This document shows, piece by piece, positions 24,029 to 36,552 of a stretch of 51,922 nt of DNA. Source of the DNA: Octopus bimaculoides (lineage: Eukaryota); contig NC_069001.1 in assembly GCF_001194135.2 (NCBI RefSeq), positions 36,092,721-36,144,642 of the forward strand, read 5' to 3'. The number at the start of each line of letters is the position of its first letter. Within the stretch, counting starts at the first letter, position 1. The notes under the pieces were generated by a model that saw only the letters and a program-made list of their open reading frames with translations, did not search any database and was not told the origin of the DNA. The position numbers and the translations under genes are program-made.

Positions 24029-24257
24029 TTAACCTTTTCATTACCTTATTTATTTTGAGATGTTCTGTGTTTCTTTCAATTAATTTTAGATATTACAAAG
24101 AATTTACTAAAATAATTTAGTTATCATTAAGCTAATGTTAGGAACATAAATTGTGAATAAGGTTTGGTGGAAGATTTTACTTCAAAACATATGAAAATAA
24201 GGTATTTGTAGTCAGAGCCAGAGGCGGTTTCAGGTGGGTTGGTGTCAAAAGGGTTAA
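24029..24257 (+). mobile_element. piggyBac-type MITE unit 1 (TTAA-CC(C)TTT...AAAGGG-TTAA)
   Basis: About 229 bp bounded by TTAA at 24029-32 and 24254-57, with short CCCTTT/AAAGGG-type TIRs; homologous to three other copies. Confidence 0.7.
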
Positions 24258-24280
24258 GAATTGTTTCACTATTATATATT

Positions 24281-24509
24281 TTAACCCTTTTGTTACCATA
24301 TTTCTGTTGAGATGCTCTGTGTTTCCTTTCAGTTAATTTTAAATCTAACAAAAGATTTAGCAAAATAAATTAGTTATCATTAAGCTAGTGTTAGGAACAT
24401 AAATTGTGACTTAGGTTTGGTGGAAGATTTTAATTCAAAACTTATGAAAACTAGACATTTGTACTAGAGCCAGAGCTGGTTTCAGGCGGGTTGGTATCAA
24501 AAGGGTTAA
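24281..24509 (+). mobile_element. piggyBac-type MITE unit 2
   Basis: ttaacccttttgttaccatatttctgttgagatg...gggttggtatcaaaagggttaa. Confidence 0.75.
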
Positions 24510-24730
24510 AATGGTGAGCTGGCAGAATCATTAGGAAGTTGGGCAAAATGCTTAGTAGCATTTCAGCTGGCTTTATGTTCCAAGTTCAAATTCTGATGAG
24601 GTTGACCTTGCTTTCCATTGTTACGGGGTCCAAGAAAGAAGTACTGGATGAGCAGCAGGGGGTCGATGTAATCGACTTATTCCCTTCCCCTAAACTTGCC
24701 AGCCTTGTGCCAAAATTTGAAACCAGTATT
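24510..24730 (+). mobile_element. SINE family B, starting at the MITE's TTAA
   Basis: ggtgagctggcagaatcattag...gttcaaattctg...gggggtcgatgtaatcgac...ccttgtgccaaaatttgaaacc. Confidence 0.8.
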
Positions 24731-25776
24731 TCTTGTTAACTTCATAATAAACCATAGCACTAATTCTTTATGGAAACCTCTTCCTTCGCTGTGTTTGAAC
24801 AACCAACTCCAACAAGTCGGGGATTCACAGTTCAATAAACTTCCACACCTCTCGAACCTCATACTTGATGCAGTTGTACTATTCATTCTTTCAATTGCTG
24901 AATACAAAACAATGGCTTGTGAGACCTCCATTTGCACGATATTCCTGAATCACCATCTCATTTCCTTTCATTCTGTTGATTTTGCCTCATACAAGGTAGT
25001 CGTCTCTTTTTCTTCCCTTCTCCTTTTGTCCATCTTTTATATACATGCATACACCCTTACAAACAATTTGATGCACACCCATATATATATATATATATAT
25101 ACATACACACACACAACACACACACACAACACACACATGTACAGAATATTGGTTGGCCATTCATCATCCTGGGTTCTTCTGCGCTTTGTCAGGTTTTGTT
25201 TATTTATCCCAAAGGGTTTCCTGGAATCACCGTTCAGGGCAGTAACAAAACGTGTTTGCTCGGTAAGGTTGCCAGCTTAGTCAACAATAACCCAACCATG
25301 TAACAGGTTGTATTGGGTTCACATGTTACCAGCAGCACCCAAGAGCAGCCTGACCAGGGATTATGTCACCATGGCACATACTATTAGTTTCTGTCCTGTG
25401 AAACTAAACAGAAGGAGACAAACCCTTCTCAAAATAGGACAACAGTTTATTACAGGAAATTTTCCCAAAAACAGACGGATATTCACAAAACAAAAGAAAG
25501 AACCTCTTTGTTAACCTGAGTGTAAGCATTGATGTTTTTCACTCGTAATTACATATTAAACCATTACTACATGGAAAACACACATCAACCATTCACTAAA
25601 ACATTTATAATTTGGTGTCAAAACCTCTGTCACTCAGCTGAAACCTGGTCATTGATGCAGTGCCACAGCAAATCACTTGACAAGCAACTACATCTTTGAA
25701 ATGATCTATTATTTAAATCATATATTATTTTAACATCCTGAGTTGTTTTGTTTCTGTATGACAGGATTTTTTGCCT

Positions 25777-26060
25777 TTAACCCTTTTTTTACCACATTTC
25801 TGTTGAAATATATAATGAAATGAAGAGTTTAGTAAAATAACATTGTTGTTATGAATTTGGTGTTTGGAACACAAACTAACAAGACATTTTGATGAAAGAT
25901 TTTAATTTAGATTTCTTGAATCATTTTGTTGCCATGTTTCTGTTGAAATAGACTGTCGTTGTTTTTGTTAATTTTGGAATTAACAAAGAATTAAGTAAAA
26001 TAATATTGTTACTTTTAAATTAGTGTTTGGAACATAAATCATTAATTGAAAATCAGATCA
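25777..26060 (+). mobile_element. Degenerate relatives of the TTAA MITE (two partial units)
   Basis: ttaacccttttttt(t)accacatttctgttgaaata... and ...catgtttctgttgaaata...aaagaattaagtaaaataa...gtgtttggaacataaat share motifs with the MITE units. Confidence 0.5.
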
Positions 26061-26369
26061 CTTTATACCCGTGGTTTACTAGGAATCTCTGAGTACTGTA
26101 TGAGAGTGCTCCCTGTTGGAATTATACTCACACACATAGCCATCTGTGTACCGTATTGTGTACCAGGCAGAGAGACAAACAGGTAGATGGATGGATGGAT
26201 AGATAGATAGATAGATTGATAGATAGATATTTAGATTGATAGGTAGTTAGATAGATAGAGAGAAAGAGAGAGAGAGATAAATAGATAGAGAGAGAGATAA
26301 ATAGATAGAGAGAGAGAGAGAGCGAAAGAAAGAGAGAGAGAGAAAGAAAGAGAGAGAGAGAGAGATAGC

Positions 26370-26750
26370 TGTCGTCACGGCCGTGTGAAAATGGAATGTC
26401 CAAGTGAGACGTTTGTTTGTCCAGCATCTCATGTAAAGGGGAAGTAACTCCGATTAAGCAATTAACTCGGAATGCTGTAACAATCCATTTACGGCAGGGA
26501 AAACCAACCTAATACAACGATGCTGGTGGTGGTGGTGGCGGGGACCGTGATTTGGAAGCGCCATCATTTTTACATAACCCTCGGTTCACCGCTTGACTCG
26601 CTGCTCGGTTATCGTGATACCTTAGTAATCGGCAAATCAAATTTCCATCTTTTTTTTTTGTATTTATTTTGTTTATTGGGAATTTTTTTTTTTAGCAAGG
26701 TTTTCTTTGTTTGCGTCTCACGGAAGAACCATCAGAATTTCATCGGTAAG
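26370..26750 (+). promoter_or_regulatory. CpG-enriched non-repetitive intronic island, candidate internal promoter or enhancer
   Basis: About 20 CpG in about 380 bp by hand count, against about 3 in the preceding 600 bp; ends with a CG|GTAAGA donor at 26745/26746. Confidence 0.35.
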
Positions 26751-26759
26751 ATTTATATC

Positions 26760-26798
<39 letters not shown>

Positions 26799-27754
26799 AG
26801 TATCTGTGTAGGTGTGAGAGAGTGTTTGTGTGAGAGTGTGTCTGTGTGTGTGCATGTATGTGTGTGTGTGTGTGTATGCGTGTCTGTGTGGATGTGTGAG
26901 TATCTCTGTGTTTGTTTATGTGATTCAGTGTGTGTGAGCGGGATTGCAAGGTTGTGTGTGTGTGTGTGTTATGAAAAGAAAGAAAGAGATAATATTCTGT
27001 ATTGTTGATTGGAGTTAGCATTAGCAGTGGTGGTGGTGGAGGAGGAGGAGGAGGCGGTGGTGGAGGAGNNNNNNNNNNNNNNNNNNNNNNNNNNNNNNNN
27101 NNNNNNNNNNNNNNNNNNNNNNNNNNNNNNNNNNNNNNNNNNNNNNNNNNNNNNNNNNNNNNNNNNNNNNNNNNNNNNNNNNNNNNNNNNNNNNNNNNNN
27201 NNNNNNNNNNNNNNNNNNNNNNNNNNNNNNNNNNNNNNNNNNNNNNNNNNNNNNNNNNNNNNNNNNNNNNNNNNNNNNNNNNNNNNNNNNNNNNNNNNNN
27301 NNNNNNNNNNNNNCACTTACACACACACATACATAAACAAGTACATTCTCACACACACATACACACACACACACTCGCGCGCAAACACACACATAAACAC
27401 TCACACACACAAATACATTCTCACACACACACACACACACACACTCGCACGCAAACAAACACACAAACACAAATAAATAAACCAATGAAATACCAGTTGA
27501 CTAAGTGTGAAATAACAACAACAACAAACACAAAATAGCAACAACAACGACGTCGACGCCGACGCCGACGACAGCAGCAAGAAGGAGAAGAAGAAGAAAA
27601 GCCGATATTGAACAACTTCCTTCGTCCAAACACCAAGAACAGGAGTCTTTGATTAATCATGAAGAACCATAATTTATCCGGCATAAATATTCTTGACTTT
27701 TGTGCTTGGCGGAGGGGTGGGGAAGTAGGCCGAGCCCAAACATGGGTGGGGGAG

Positions 27755-28179
27755 GGCTATATGATGATGGTGGTGGTGGTGGTGATGGTGGTTGGATGGT
27801 ATTGGTCATAGTGGTAGTGGTGGTGGTGCTGCTGATGGTGATGGAGACGGTGGTAATCATGATAGTGGTGGTGGTGGAGGTAGTACTGATAATGGTGGTG
27901 GTGGTAGTGGTTGTGGTGGAGGTAGTATTGATGGTGGTGGTGGTGGTCATGATGGTGGCAATCATGATGGCTGTGGTGGTGGTGGTGATGGTGGTGGTAG
28001 TGGTTGTTGTAGAGGTAGTACTGATGGTGGTGGTGGTCATGATGGTTGTTGTTGTTGTGGTGGTGGTGGTAGTGGCGGTGGTGGTGGTTGAGGTAGTACT
28101 GATGGTGGTGGTGGTCATGATGGTTGTTGTTGTTGTGGTGGTGGTGGTAGTGGCGGTGGTGGTGGTTGAGGTAGTACTG
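27755..28179. repeat. (GGT)-rich compound repeat with 78-bp higher-order period
   Basis: The gaggtagtactg anchor recurs at 28012, 28090 and 28168; the array runs into a gap. Confidence 0.85.
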
Positions 28180-28770
28180 NNNNNNNNNNNNNNNNNNNNN
28201 NNNNNNNNNNNNNNNNNNNNNNNNNNNNNNNNNNNNNNNNNNNNNNNNNNNNNNNNNNNNNNNNNNNNNNNNNNNNNNNNNNNNNNNNNNNNNNNNNNNN
28301 NNNNNNNNNNNNNNNNNNNNNNNNNNNNNNNNNNNNNNNNNNNNNNNNNNNNNNNNNNNNNNNNNNNNNNNNNNNNNNNNNNNNNNNNNNNNNNNNNNNN
28401 NNNNNNNNNNNNNNNNNNNNNNNNNNNNNNNNNNNNNNNNNNNNNNNNNNNNNNNNNNNNNNNNNNNNNNNNNNNNNNNNNNNNNNNNNNNNNNNNNNNN
28501 NNNNNNNNNNNNNNNNNNNNNNNNNNNNNNNNNNNNNNNNNNNNNNNNNNNNNNNNNNNNNNNNNNCCCCCCGACTTTCTTTTTGGGTTTCTTTTGGAGA
28601 ATGTCATGAGACTCTTTGATAAATTAACAGTAGGCTCCTCTGGTCAGCGCCCTGATGACTCATGCCAAACTGTTTGATTGCATTGAAACAAAGTTCTGTA
28701 CCGAAAATTCTTAAATATAAAATAAATACAAGAATAAATAAATAAATGTGTGTGTGTGTTATAAAAAGCT

Positions 28771-28930
28771 GTTGCTCCAGCATGGCCCCAGCTTCTGGCT
28801 GAAACCAGTAAAAGAATAAAAGAATATATATATAGGAGCAGGCATGGCTGTGTGGTAAGAAGCTTGCTCCCCAACCATGTGGTTCGGGGTTCAGTCCCAC
28901 TACACAGCAGCCTGGCCTCAGGTCAACCAA
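28771..28930 (+). mobile_element. Family A tail directly followed by a second family A head
   Basis: gctccagcatggcc...gaaaccagtaaaagaataaaaga, then ggagcaggcatggctgtgtggtaagaagcttgc...ggttcagtcccact. Confidence 0.75.
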
Positions 28931-29710
28931 ACTACAACAACAAAAATAAAAATAGGAATAGGGAGAACTGCACAAATTATATCAGCAGCAACAACAACAA
29001 CAATAACCATAGCAACAGCAACAACAACTACAAAACATCAACAACACTTAACGATATACATCAGTGTATGATATCATTAATTAACATTGGTGTCTTAACG
29101 AAAGGGAATTTCAGTCCCATGCTGGACTTAAAGGGCAAATTTTGTGACCTACATTGCAGCTAGGGTCCTGGTGGGATGAAGAGAGTGTTTTTTTTTTTGT
29201 TTTTTTTCTGTGTGTGTGCATGTTTGGGTGAGGGCCAGAGATTATCTGCCGCCTTTCAAGTTTCGTCCTTACCTGATGCATACCCCATGAGTAAGCAACC
29301 GTGTTTGTGCGCTGGAAGAAGACCTGAAGGAATGCATGGAATTATTGAGAGACAGAGAGAGACGGGGGGAAGGGAGGGAGGGGAGAGGTGGGGGAGAGAT
29401 TCTTTGAGTGACGATGGCATCAACAAGGCACTTGAGAACTTCATCAGATTTCAAGTATGACCTGATACGAGGATGATATTTCAATGGCAAATATGTCAGA
29501 TTCCAGCAATTAAATAACTTGGGGATGTTACAGTGTGTGCATGTGCGTGTGTGTGTGTATGTGTGTGTGTGTGTTTGTGCATGTGTGTATGTATGCATGT
29601 ATGTATGTATTATGTATTTATATGTATGTATATATTTGTGTCTCTCTTTCTCTCTCTCTTGCTCTATATATATATCTACATATAAATAAATATGTGTGTG
29701 TGTATATATA

Positions 29711-29767
<57 letters not shown>

Positions 29768-30169
29768 AATCATGGTAACATGTGCTGAGGAAGGTGAGGC
29801 TATAATGCCAGTCCAGAAACCGGTCCACGTGAGTCCAAATGCTAGAGTATATGTTGAATGATTTTCTTGACCCATTTGCCTTCAGACAGTTGATTTCTGT
29901 CATAATTATCAAGAGTTTTTTTCAGCAATTTAAATAAGAGTTTTGACTGTTATTTCCAGCAGGTAGACATACTCAGTATGTCCTTCGATTAATATAAACT
30001 TTAATCCTTCAGCTATATATATATGTATGTATGTATATATGTGTGTGTGTGTAATAATTACCATCATCATCATCGTAACTGTATACGCATGTGCATAAGT
30101 GCGTTTAATGTCTGTTCCCAATACTCTAATGAGTCTACCAACAACCACCTTACAACAAGCAGGATAATA

Positions 30170-30299
30170 AGGATGGAGTGTGTGGTGTACTGTTAGGAGC
30201 TTTGTAGTTCTTCTATCCGAGTTCTTCAGCTCAACCTTTGCCCATTTCAGAAAGGGAGCAGAGCATCTTAATACGGGCACACCCCATGTATTTACAACT
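30170..30299 (-). mobile_element. R4/Dong-like (REL-endonuclease) non-LTR retrotransposon fragment, post-RT region
   Basis: Minus-strand translation KVVNTWGVPVLRCSAPFLKWAKVELKNSDRRTTKLLTVHHTLHP resembles the conserved AINTWAVPVLRYS...W...EL..LDRKTRKLLTMH..LHP block (recalled). It is interrupted at TTAA 30300 by a MITE. Confidence 0.7.
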
Positions 30300-30529
30300 T
30301 TAACCCTTACGTTACCAATCCGCCTGAAGCCCCTCTGGCTCTGTAGTATAAATGTCTTTCTTTTCATAAGCTTTGAATTAAAATCTTCCACTAAACCTGA
30401 GTCACAATTTATGTTCCTAACAAGAGCTGAATGATAACTAAGCTATTTTACTAAATTCTTTGTTAGATTTAAAGTAATTGAAAGAAACACAGAACATTTC
30501 AACAGAAATACTGTAACGAAAAGGGTAAA
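30300..30529 (-). mobile_element. piggyBac-type MITE unit 3 (inverted)
   Basis: Reverse complement of the same unit: ttaacccttacgttaccaatcc...gtaacgaaaagggtaaaa. Confidence 0.7.
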
Positions 30530-30551
30530 ATATATAATAGAGAAACAGTTC

Positions 30552-30781
30552 TTAACCGTTTCGTTACCAACCCGACTGAAACTGCCTCAGGCTCTGTAGT
30601 ACAAATGTCTTGTTTCCATAAGTTTTGAATTAAAATCTTCCACCAAACCTTAGTCACAATTTATGTTCCTAACACTAGCTGAATGATAACTAAGCTATTT
30701 TACTAAATTCTTTGATATATTTAAAATTAATTGAAAGAAACAGAGAGCATCTCAACAGAAATATGGTAACAAAAGGGTTAA
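30552..30781 (-). mobile_element. piggyBac-type MITE unit 4 (inverted)
   Basis: ttaaccgtttcgttaccaacccg...atggtaacaaaagggttaa. Confidence 0.75.
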
Positions 30782-30997
30782 TGATGTTCCTTCCATTGAA
30801 TTTGATTTCAAGCATCTTCCTAATTTTCCTCTGGTTCTCTTTAGTGACTTTCTCTCTCGTTTCTCTTTCCCTTATCTCATCCTCTTGTGATACTCCTTGA
30901 TATGCGTATCCCTCAATTATTCCACTGTGATTCAATGTCCACTGCACTAATGATTCTGCCAGCTCACTGCCTTAATAGTAATAATAATAATAATAAC

Positions 30998-31028
<31 letters not shown>

Positions 31029-31476
31029 GTAATAATAATAATAATAATAATTTCTTTATCCACGATAACATTGTGTTTTAATAAGGGGTTTCGGAATGAG
31101 GGCAAAGGAGAAGCAAATATCAGCACCTTTGCCAGTTTGTGTCCAGAAACCCTTTCCTTTACTCCCCAAACCTTTCTCAGTTTCTGGGACCACCTCTGGA
31201 TCCAGATTTTTATTTCCAAGAATTATCAAGCTTGTAGAAACACAAGAGAAACACAAAAGAATAGAAATCAACCTTTATTGTACTAATTAATAATTAAGTA
31301 TAATGAAACACAAACAATACCANNNNNNNNNNNNNNNNNNNNNNNNNNNNNNNNNNNNNNNNNNNNNNNNNNNNNNNNNNNNNNNNNNNNNNNNNNNNNN
31401 NNNNNNNNNNNNNNNNNNNNNNNNNNNNNNNNNNNNNNNNNNNNNNNNNNNNNNNNNNNNNNNNNNNNNNNNNNNN

Positions 31477-31514
<38 letters not shown>

Positions 31515-31515
<1 letters not shown>

Positions 31516-31950
31516 TCATCATCATCGTCATCCTTGTTTAACGTCTGCTTTCCATGCTGACATGGGTTGGACGGTTTGGCTGAGGACTGGCGAGCCAGAA
31601 GGCTGCACCAGGCTCCAATCTGATCTGGCAAAGTTTCTACAGCTGGATGCCCTTCCTAACGCCAACCACTCAGAGAGTGTAGTGGGTGCTTTTACAGACC
31701 ACCAGCACGAGGGCAAGTCAGGCAGTTCTGGCAACGACCACACTCAAAGGGTGTTTTTTTTTCATGTGCTACCTGTACAGGAGCCAGTCTGGCGGCACTG
31801 GCAATGACCATGCTTGAATGTTGTTTTTCATGTGTCACCGGCACATGTGCTAGTAAGGGGATGCTGGCAACGATCACGCTCGAATGGTGCATTTTATGTG
31901 CCACCGGCTCGGGAGCCAATCAGCAGCCCTGGCAATAACTATGCTCAGAT
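31515..31950 (-). mobile_element. Family C with an internal ~67-bp tandem array
   Basis: Standard C tail and body, then four units starting at 31686, 31751, 31820 and 31887. Confidence 0.85.
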
Positions 31951-32450
31951 GTGGGCCATTGCACCTCCACATATGCATATATATATACATATACAAGCAA
32001 GCACCATCATCTTGACAATTGGTGTTTTATTTGTTCTGAAAGTCAGAGAGTCTTTTGGGGTTGTTGTTTTTTTTTTGTTTTTTTTTTGCTATTTTATTAG
32101 AGTTTGGTTTGTTTTTATGCTATATTCATGTAATTAGGAAAATAATGAAAGATAAAAAATTAGAACATTTTAATTTTTTTTTTTTTGTTTATTTGTCTGG
32201 TTTATTAAAAGTTAATGACATAAAAAGCTCCCAAAAGAACAAGCCAAATTGAATGAGTATTTAAAATTACAAGTAACAATTAGTATGTTTATTACTGCTA
32301 CTACGACGATGATGACTATCACTATTATGATGACAACAATGATGCTGTATTACTACTACAACCACTACTACTACTACTACTACAACCACTACTACTACTG
32401 CTACTACTACTACTACTACTAATAATAATAATAATGATAATGATAATAAT

Positions 32451-32648
32451 CCTTTCTACTATAGGCACAAGGCCTGAAATTTGGGGAGAAGGGGACCATT
32501 GATTACAAGGACCCCCAGTGTTCTACTGGTACTTAATTTATCGACCCCAAAAGGATGAAAGGCAAAATCGACCTCGGTGGAATTTGAACTCAGAATGTAG
32601 CTTAGCATTTCGGCCGGCATGCTAACGTTTCTGCCAGCTCACGTCCTT
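32451..32648 (-). mobile_element. SINE family B in a (TAA)n array
   Basis: cctttctactataggcacaaggcc...ggtacttaatttatcgaccccaaaaggatgaaaggc...gaatttgaactcag...tctgccagctc. Confidence 0.85.
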
Positions 32649-33799
32649 AATAATAATAATAATAATGATAATAACAATAATAATTATTTTATTGGCCACA
32701 AGGGCTCACATACAAAACATTAACTGACATACAACATAAAAGACAAAAACAGGACGATACAAAGGGTTTTATGTGTGAACAATATAAATAACAATTAAAA
32801 ATTAAACAAATTAAAATTCCTAATAGGGGATGTGCTTTAAGGACCTCGTCGAAAAACCCTCAAAAGCCACAATAATCTTAATAATGTGGTGGTGGCTGTG
32901 GTGGTGAACAGTAGGGGATGATGAAAATATTATAGAGTAAAATGTTTATATATAATTATTTCAAGCTGTATTTTAACACAACAACAACATCAACAATAAC
33001 AGGAACAACACGGAGATGAACATGACTAAACTATTAATGTCAGTTGGGTAACTTCTGAGTAACCTCTCTATATGGAAGCACTTACGCATCATAATATTTT
33101 GTTTTTCTAATGGTTTTTATGGAAGGAGGAGAGAGAGAAAAAAATAATAAAGGGTATCTTTTTTTATGTTTCCATTTTTGGGTTTCCTTGGTTTGGCACC
33201 AAATATTGAGAAGGAAATGGTTCTTTGCTTCATAGTTTCCAACATCATAATTTTATTGGTTTTTTTTTTTACCGTTTTTTTTACTTTCCAGCATGTTCAA
33301 CACTTCCATTGTGTGTTTGTGTGCATGTGTGTGTATGCATCTCCGTTTCCATCTCCCGAATTCCCATGGTCCACCTGAGACAATAGCGAAAGACACAGAC
33401 TCAAAGTTAAAGCAAACTTCTTCACCACATGGCCATTTTTACTCCTTGCATGGTTTATACATAGAACAATCTTAGAATCAGCCTCTTAAAAATTACCATT
33501 TTCTCATTCTTAGAACCTAAATGATTGCTTAACTAGTATCTCCTTTCTTGTCGTCTTTGTGTTGGCACTTTCGAGTGAAAATAGACATTTAGAGAAAAAA
33601 AAAAAAAAATTTTCTTTTGTCTTAAATTTGATTTTGCACATCAGGTAATTAAAACTTAATTTTAACTTCCCAGCAGAATATTCTAATTTAGTTAATGACT
33701 AGAAATTATATCTCAAAGCATGAAAACAAATTACACACACACACATACACATCTACATGCTTGTGTGTTTTTTGTATATACATATACACACATATATGT

Positions 33800-33952
33800 G
33801 CAGAGGCACGACTGTGCAGTGAACAAATTTACTTCCCAATCTTATGAGTTTAGGTTCAATCCCAGTGCTTGACGCCTTGGGCAAATGTTTTCTCTAATAG
33901 CCTAAGGTCTTGTGAGTGGATTTGGTTGAGGGAAACTGAAAGAAGCCTGTAG
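33800..33952 (+). mobile_element. SINE family A head half followed by (CA)n
   Basis: ggttcaatccca...ccttgggcaaatg...gtgagtggatttggttgagggaaactgaaagaagcc. Confidence 0.7.
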
Positions 33953-34328
33953 TACACACACACACATATTCACACACACTCACACACACACACTCTCTCT
34001 CACACACCCACTCAAACACATACACACATACACACACTCATACACACACTCACACACACCCACTCAAACATACACACACACACACACACACTCTCACACA
34101 CACACACTCACACACATGCATACATCTACTCACACACACACACGTGTGTGTGTATCTTGTCAGTAAATCATAAATCCGAAAGAGAGGCACAGTCTAAGTT
34201 CTAGAGAGCAGCAGTGTATTCCGATAAAGATAGTTAAAGCCGGTCTATGGGGTCCCCCAGAGACTTGCACCCATAAAGCACTTAGCTTTACAGCATCTTT
34301 TCAGACAGAGATGCTGTAACGCTAAGCA

Positions 34329-34373
34329 CTGGTCAAGCCGTCCAACCCGTGTCAACATGGACAACAGATGTTA

Positions 34374-34424
<51 letters not shown>

Positions 34425-34500
34425 AGTGATGATGATGATGATGAAGATGATGATGATGATGGTGGTGGTGGTGATGTTGATGATGATGATGATGATGACT
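34329..34500 (+). mobile_element. Family C tail with expanded (GAT)n
   Basis: ggtcaagccgtccaacccgtgtcaacatggacaacagatgttag(atg)n. Confidence 0.65.
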
Positions 34501-35036
34501 GAACCGTACTCCTAGACAGACTACGACAGGTTGGTCATGTCTGAATTGTCTTCAATCATAAGTCTAGTTAATTCAGAGGGATGGACCCGAGAGTAAACAG
34601 TATTTCCATCAACAACAAAGAAATCCTGTCTCAAGCAATGCAAATGATATAAGATATTTCATATTGAGAAAATGGCTTTCGAAACGCTTGTGTAGTTATT
34701 GATTCTTTTGTTTTGTTTTTATTTCTGTGTTTGTGCTTTTGGTTTTCGTTAATAAAAATAAGCGTGAGTCAAGGTTATCGCTGTTTCGGAGGCAAGTGAC
34801 CACAAACCTGCTGCCCACCCCTGTAAATATAAAATTGATTGTATCTGGTGGCTGCACAAGTGTTTGTCTGGAATCAGTTTTGTTGTGTTATCCTCCGATG
34901 GGACAATGAATAATGAGAGAGGGGGGAGAGAGGGGAGGAGAGAGAGAGAGGTAGACAGATAGGAGGAAAGAGATAGATAGATATACAGATTGAGAAACTG
35001 ACATACAAATATAGATAGATGGATTAATAGCTAGAT

Positions 35037-35083
<47 letters not shown>

Positions 35084-36552
35084 GACAGACAGACAGACGA
35101 CAAACTAACAGATAGACTGAAAGACAGGCATACAAATAGACAGATAGATACACATGCATGAACATACACACACACACACACAATTAAGACAAACAGATTG
35201 AGAGTCACGCATCTAAATAGACACACAAACAAACCGATAGATTGAGAGATAAGGAGAAAAACACACAGGCGAAATATGAAATATGTAATAAAGGACAGAC
35301 ATACACACACAAGCAGAGACACCCACCCACGCACCACGCATATATAATAAATACAGACTCATATATACACACAGAAGCAAATAGTCATATTCACCTATAC
35401 ACACACAACCACAAGCACATGTCTACATACACACACATATCTGCATGTGTACACACACTCACAGCTACATGTATACACACACACATAACCACAAGTACAT
35501 ATATATATATATGTATATATATATATATGCACACATATATACTCACATATGACCACATATATCATACGTTATATGTAGTCATATATACGTACAAACACAG
35601 ACACAACTTCATGTGTACACACACACACACACACACACACACAAAACCATAAATACATAGACATACACACAAGCACACACACACATGCACATGCACACAC
35701 ACAACTATATATACATACACATACACACAAACACAACCTCATGTGCACACATGCACAACGATGTATATATACACAGACTCTCAAACACAACCACACACTC
35801 ACACACATACAACCACAACTACATTTACTCACACACACGTCTATAACCACGCACACACATACACATACACACACATACCCATGTATATAAATCCTACAAT
35901 TTATATACAAACAATTGTTAAGAGGAAGACTTGATGGAAATAAAACAAAACGAATTCAATATTTGCCTCATTAATATCGATTTTGTTGTTGTTGTTGTTG
36001 TTCTTCTTCTTCTTCTTCTTGTTATCATCGTTGTTGTTTCTGTTGTTGTCGAGGAGGTTTTTGCTTTTTTATTATTTATTTCATAATACAAGTGGAAAAT
36101 ATCTGCTTGGATTCAGACATAAAAATCACTCTTCCATGACCACCACACTGAAAAACTCGATAAGCCAACCCATAAATAAATACACAAATGAAACAAATTA
36201 AACAAATAAATAATGGTAAAAGAAATAAAATTAGTAAAAAAAACAAAAAACAAGTTAGTAAATAAATAAAAATTTTTGGAACCATGGAACTCTTAGAGAA
36301 GGCCACCTGGTTGAAGACTTATAAATAGCCAAATTCTACAAGGAAACATTAATACAATGGAATGACTAGTTCCATGGAAAATGGTTTTAGACATTCTAAG
36401 TACCAATTTCTGAGAGAAATAGAGCAACGGTGCCATTTATGGGTCTCGGAGTGTAAATATCTACCATTTGACTGGGCTTATGGAATTTATGATTTGTTCA
36501 AAGAATTTAGTAGGGGATTCTTTTATTTTCTACTTCTAATTTGTTTCAGACA

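Noticed and set aside
24696-25280. 194-aa ORF
   Set aside because: It starts within a SINE, crosses microsatellite, and has no recognisable domain.
27657-28677. 316-aa Thr-rich and 325-aa Val-rich ORFs
   Set aside because: They are translations of the GGT repeat and span an N-gap; they are not mucin genes.
29300-29460. Coiled-coil-like RVCALEEDLKECMELLR and SLSDDGINKALENFIRFQV frames
   Set aside because: They are short, in different frames, split by a GA/G tract, and show no recognised homology or convincing splice sites.
29940-29968. Recursive splice site candidate tttccagcag|gtagac
   Set aside because: The pyrimidine tract is short and the regenerated donor weak, which is expected by chance in 52 kb.
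36300-36420. Possible L1/Tx1 remnant (KFYKETLIQWN)
   Set aside because: It is a single weak motif that cannot be supported without a search.
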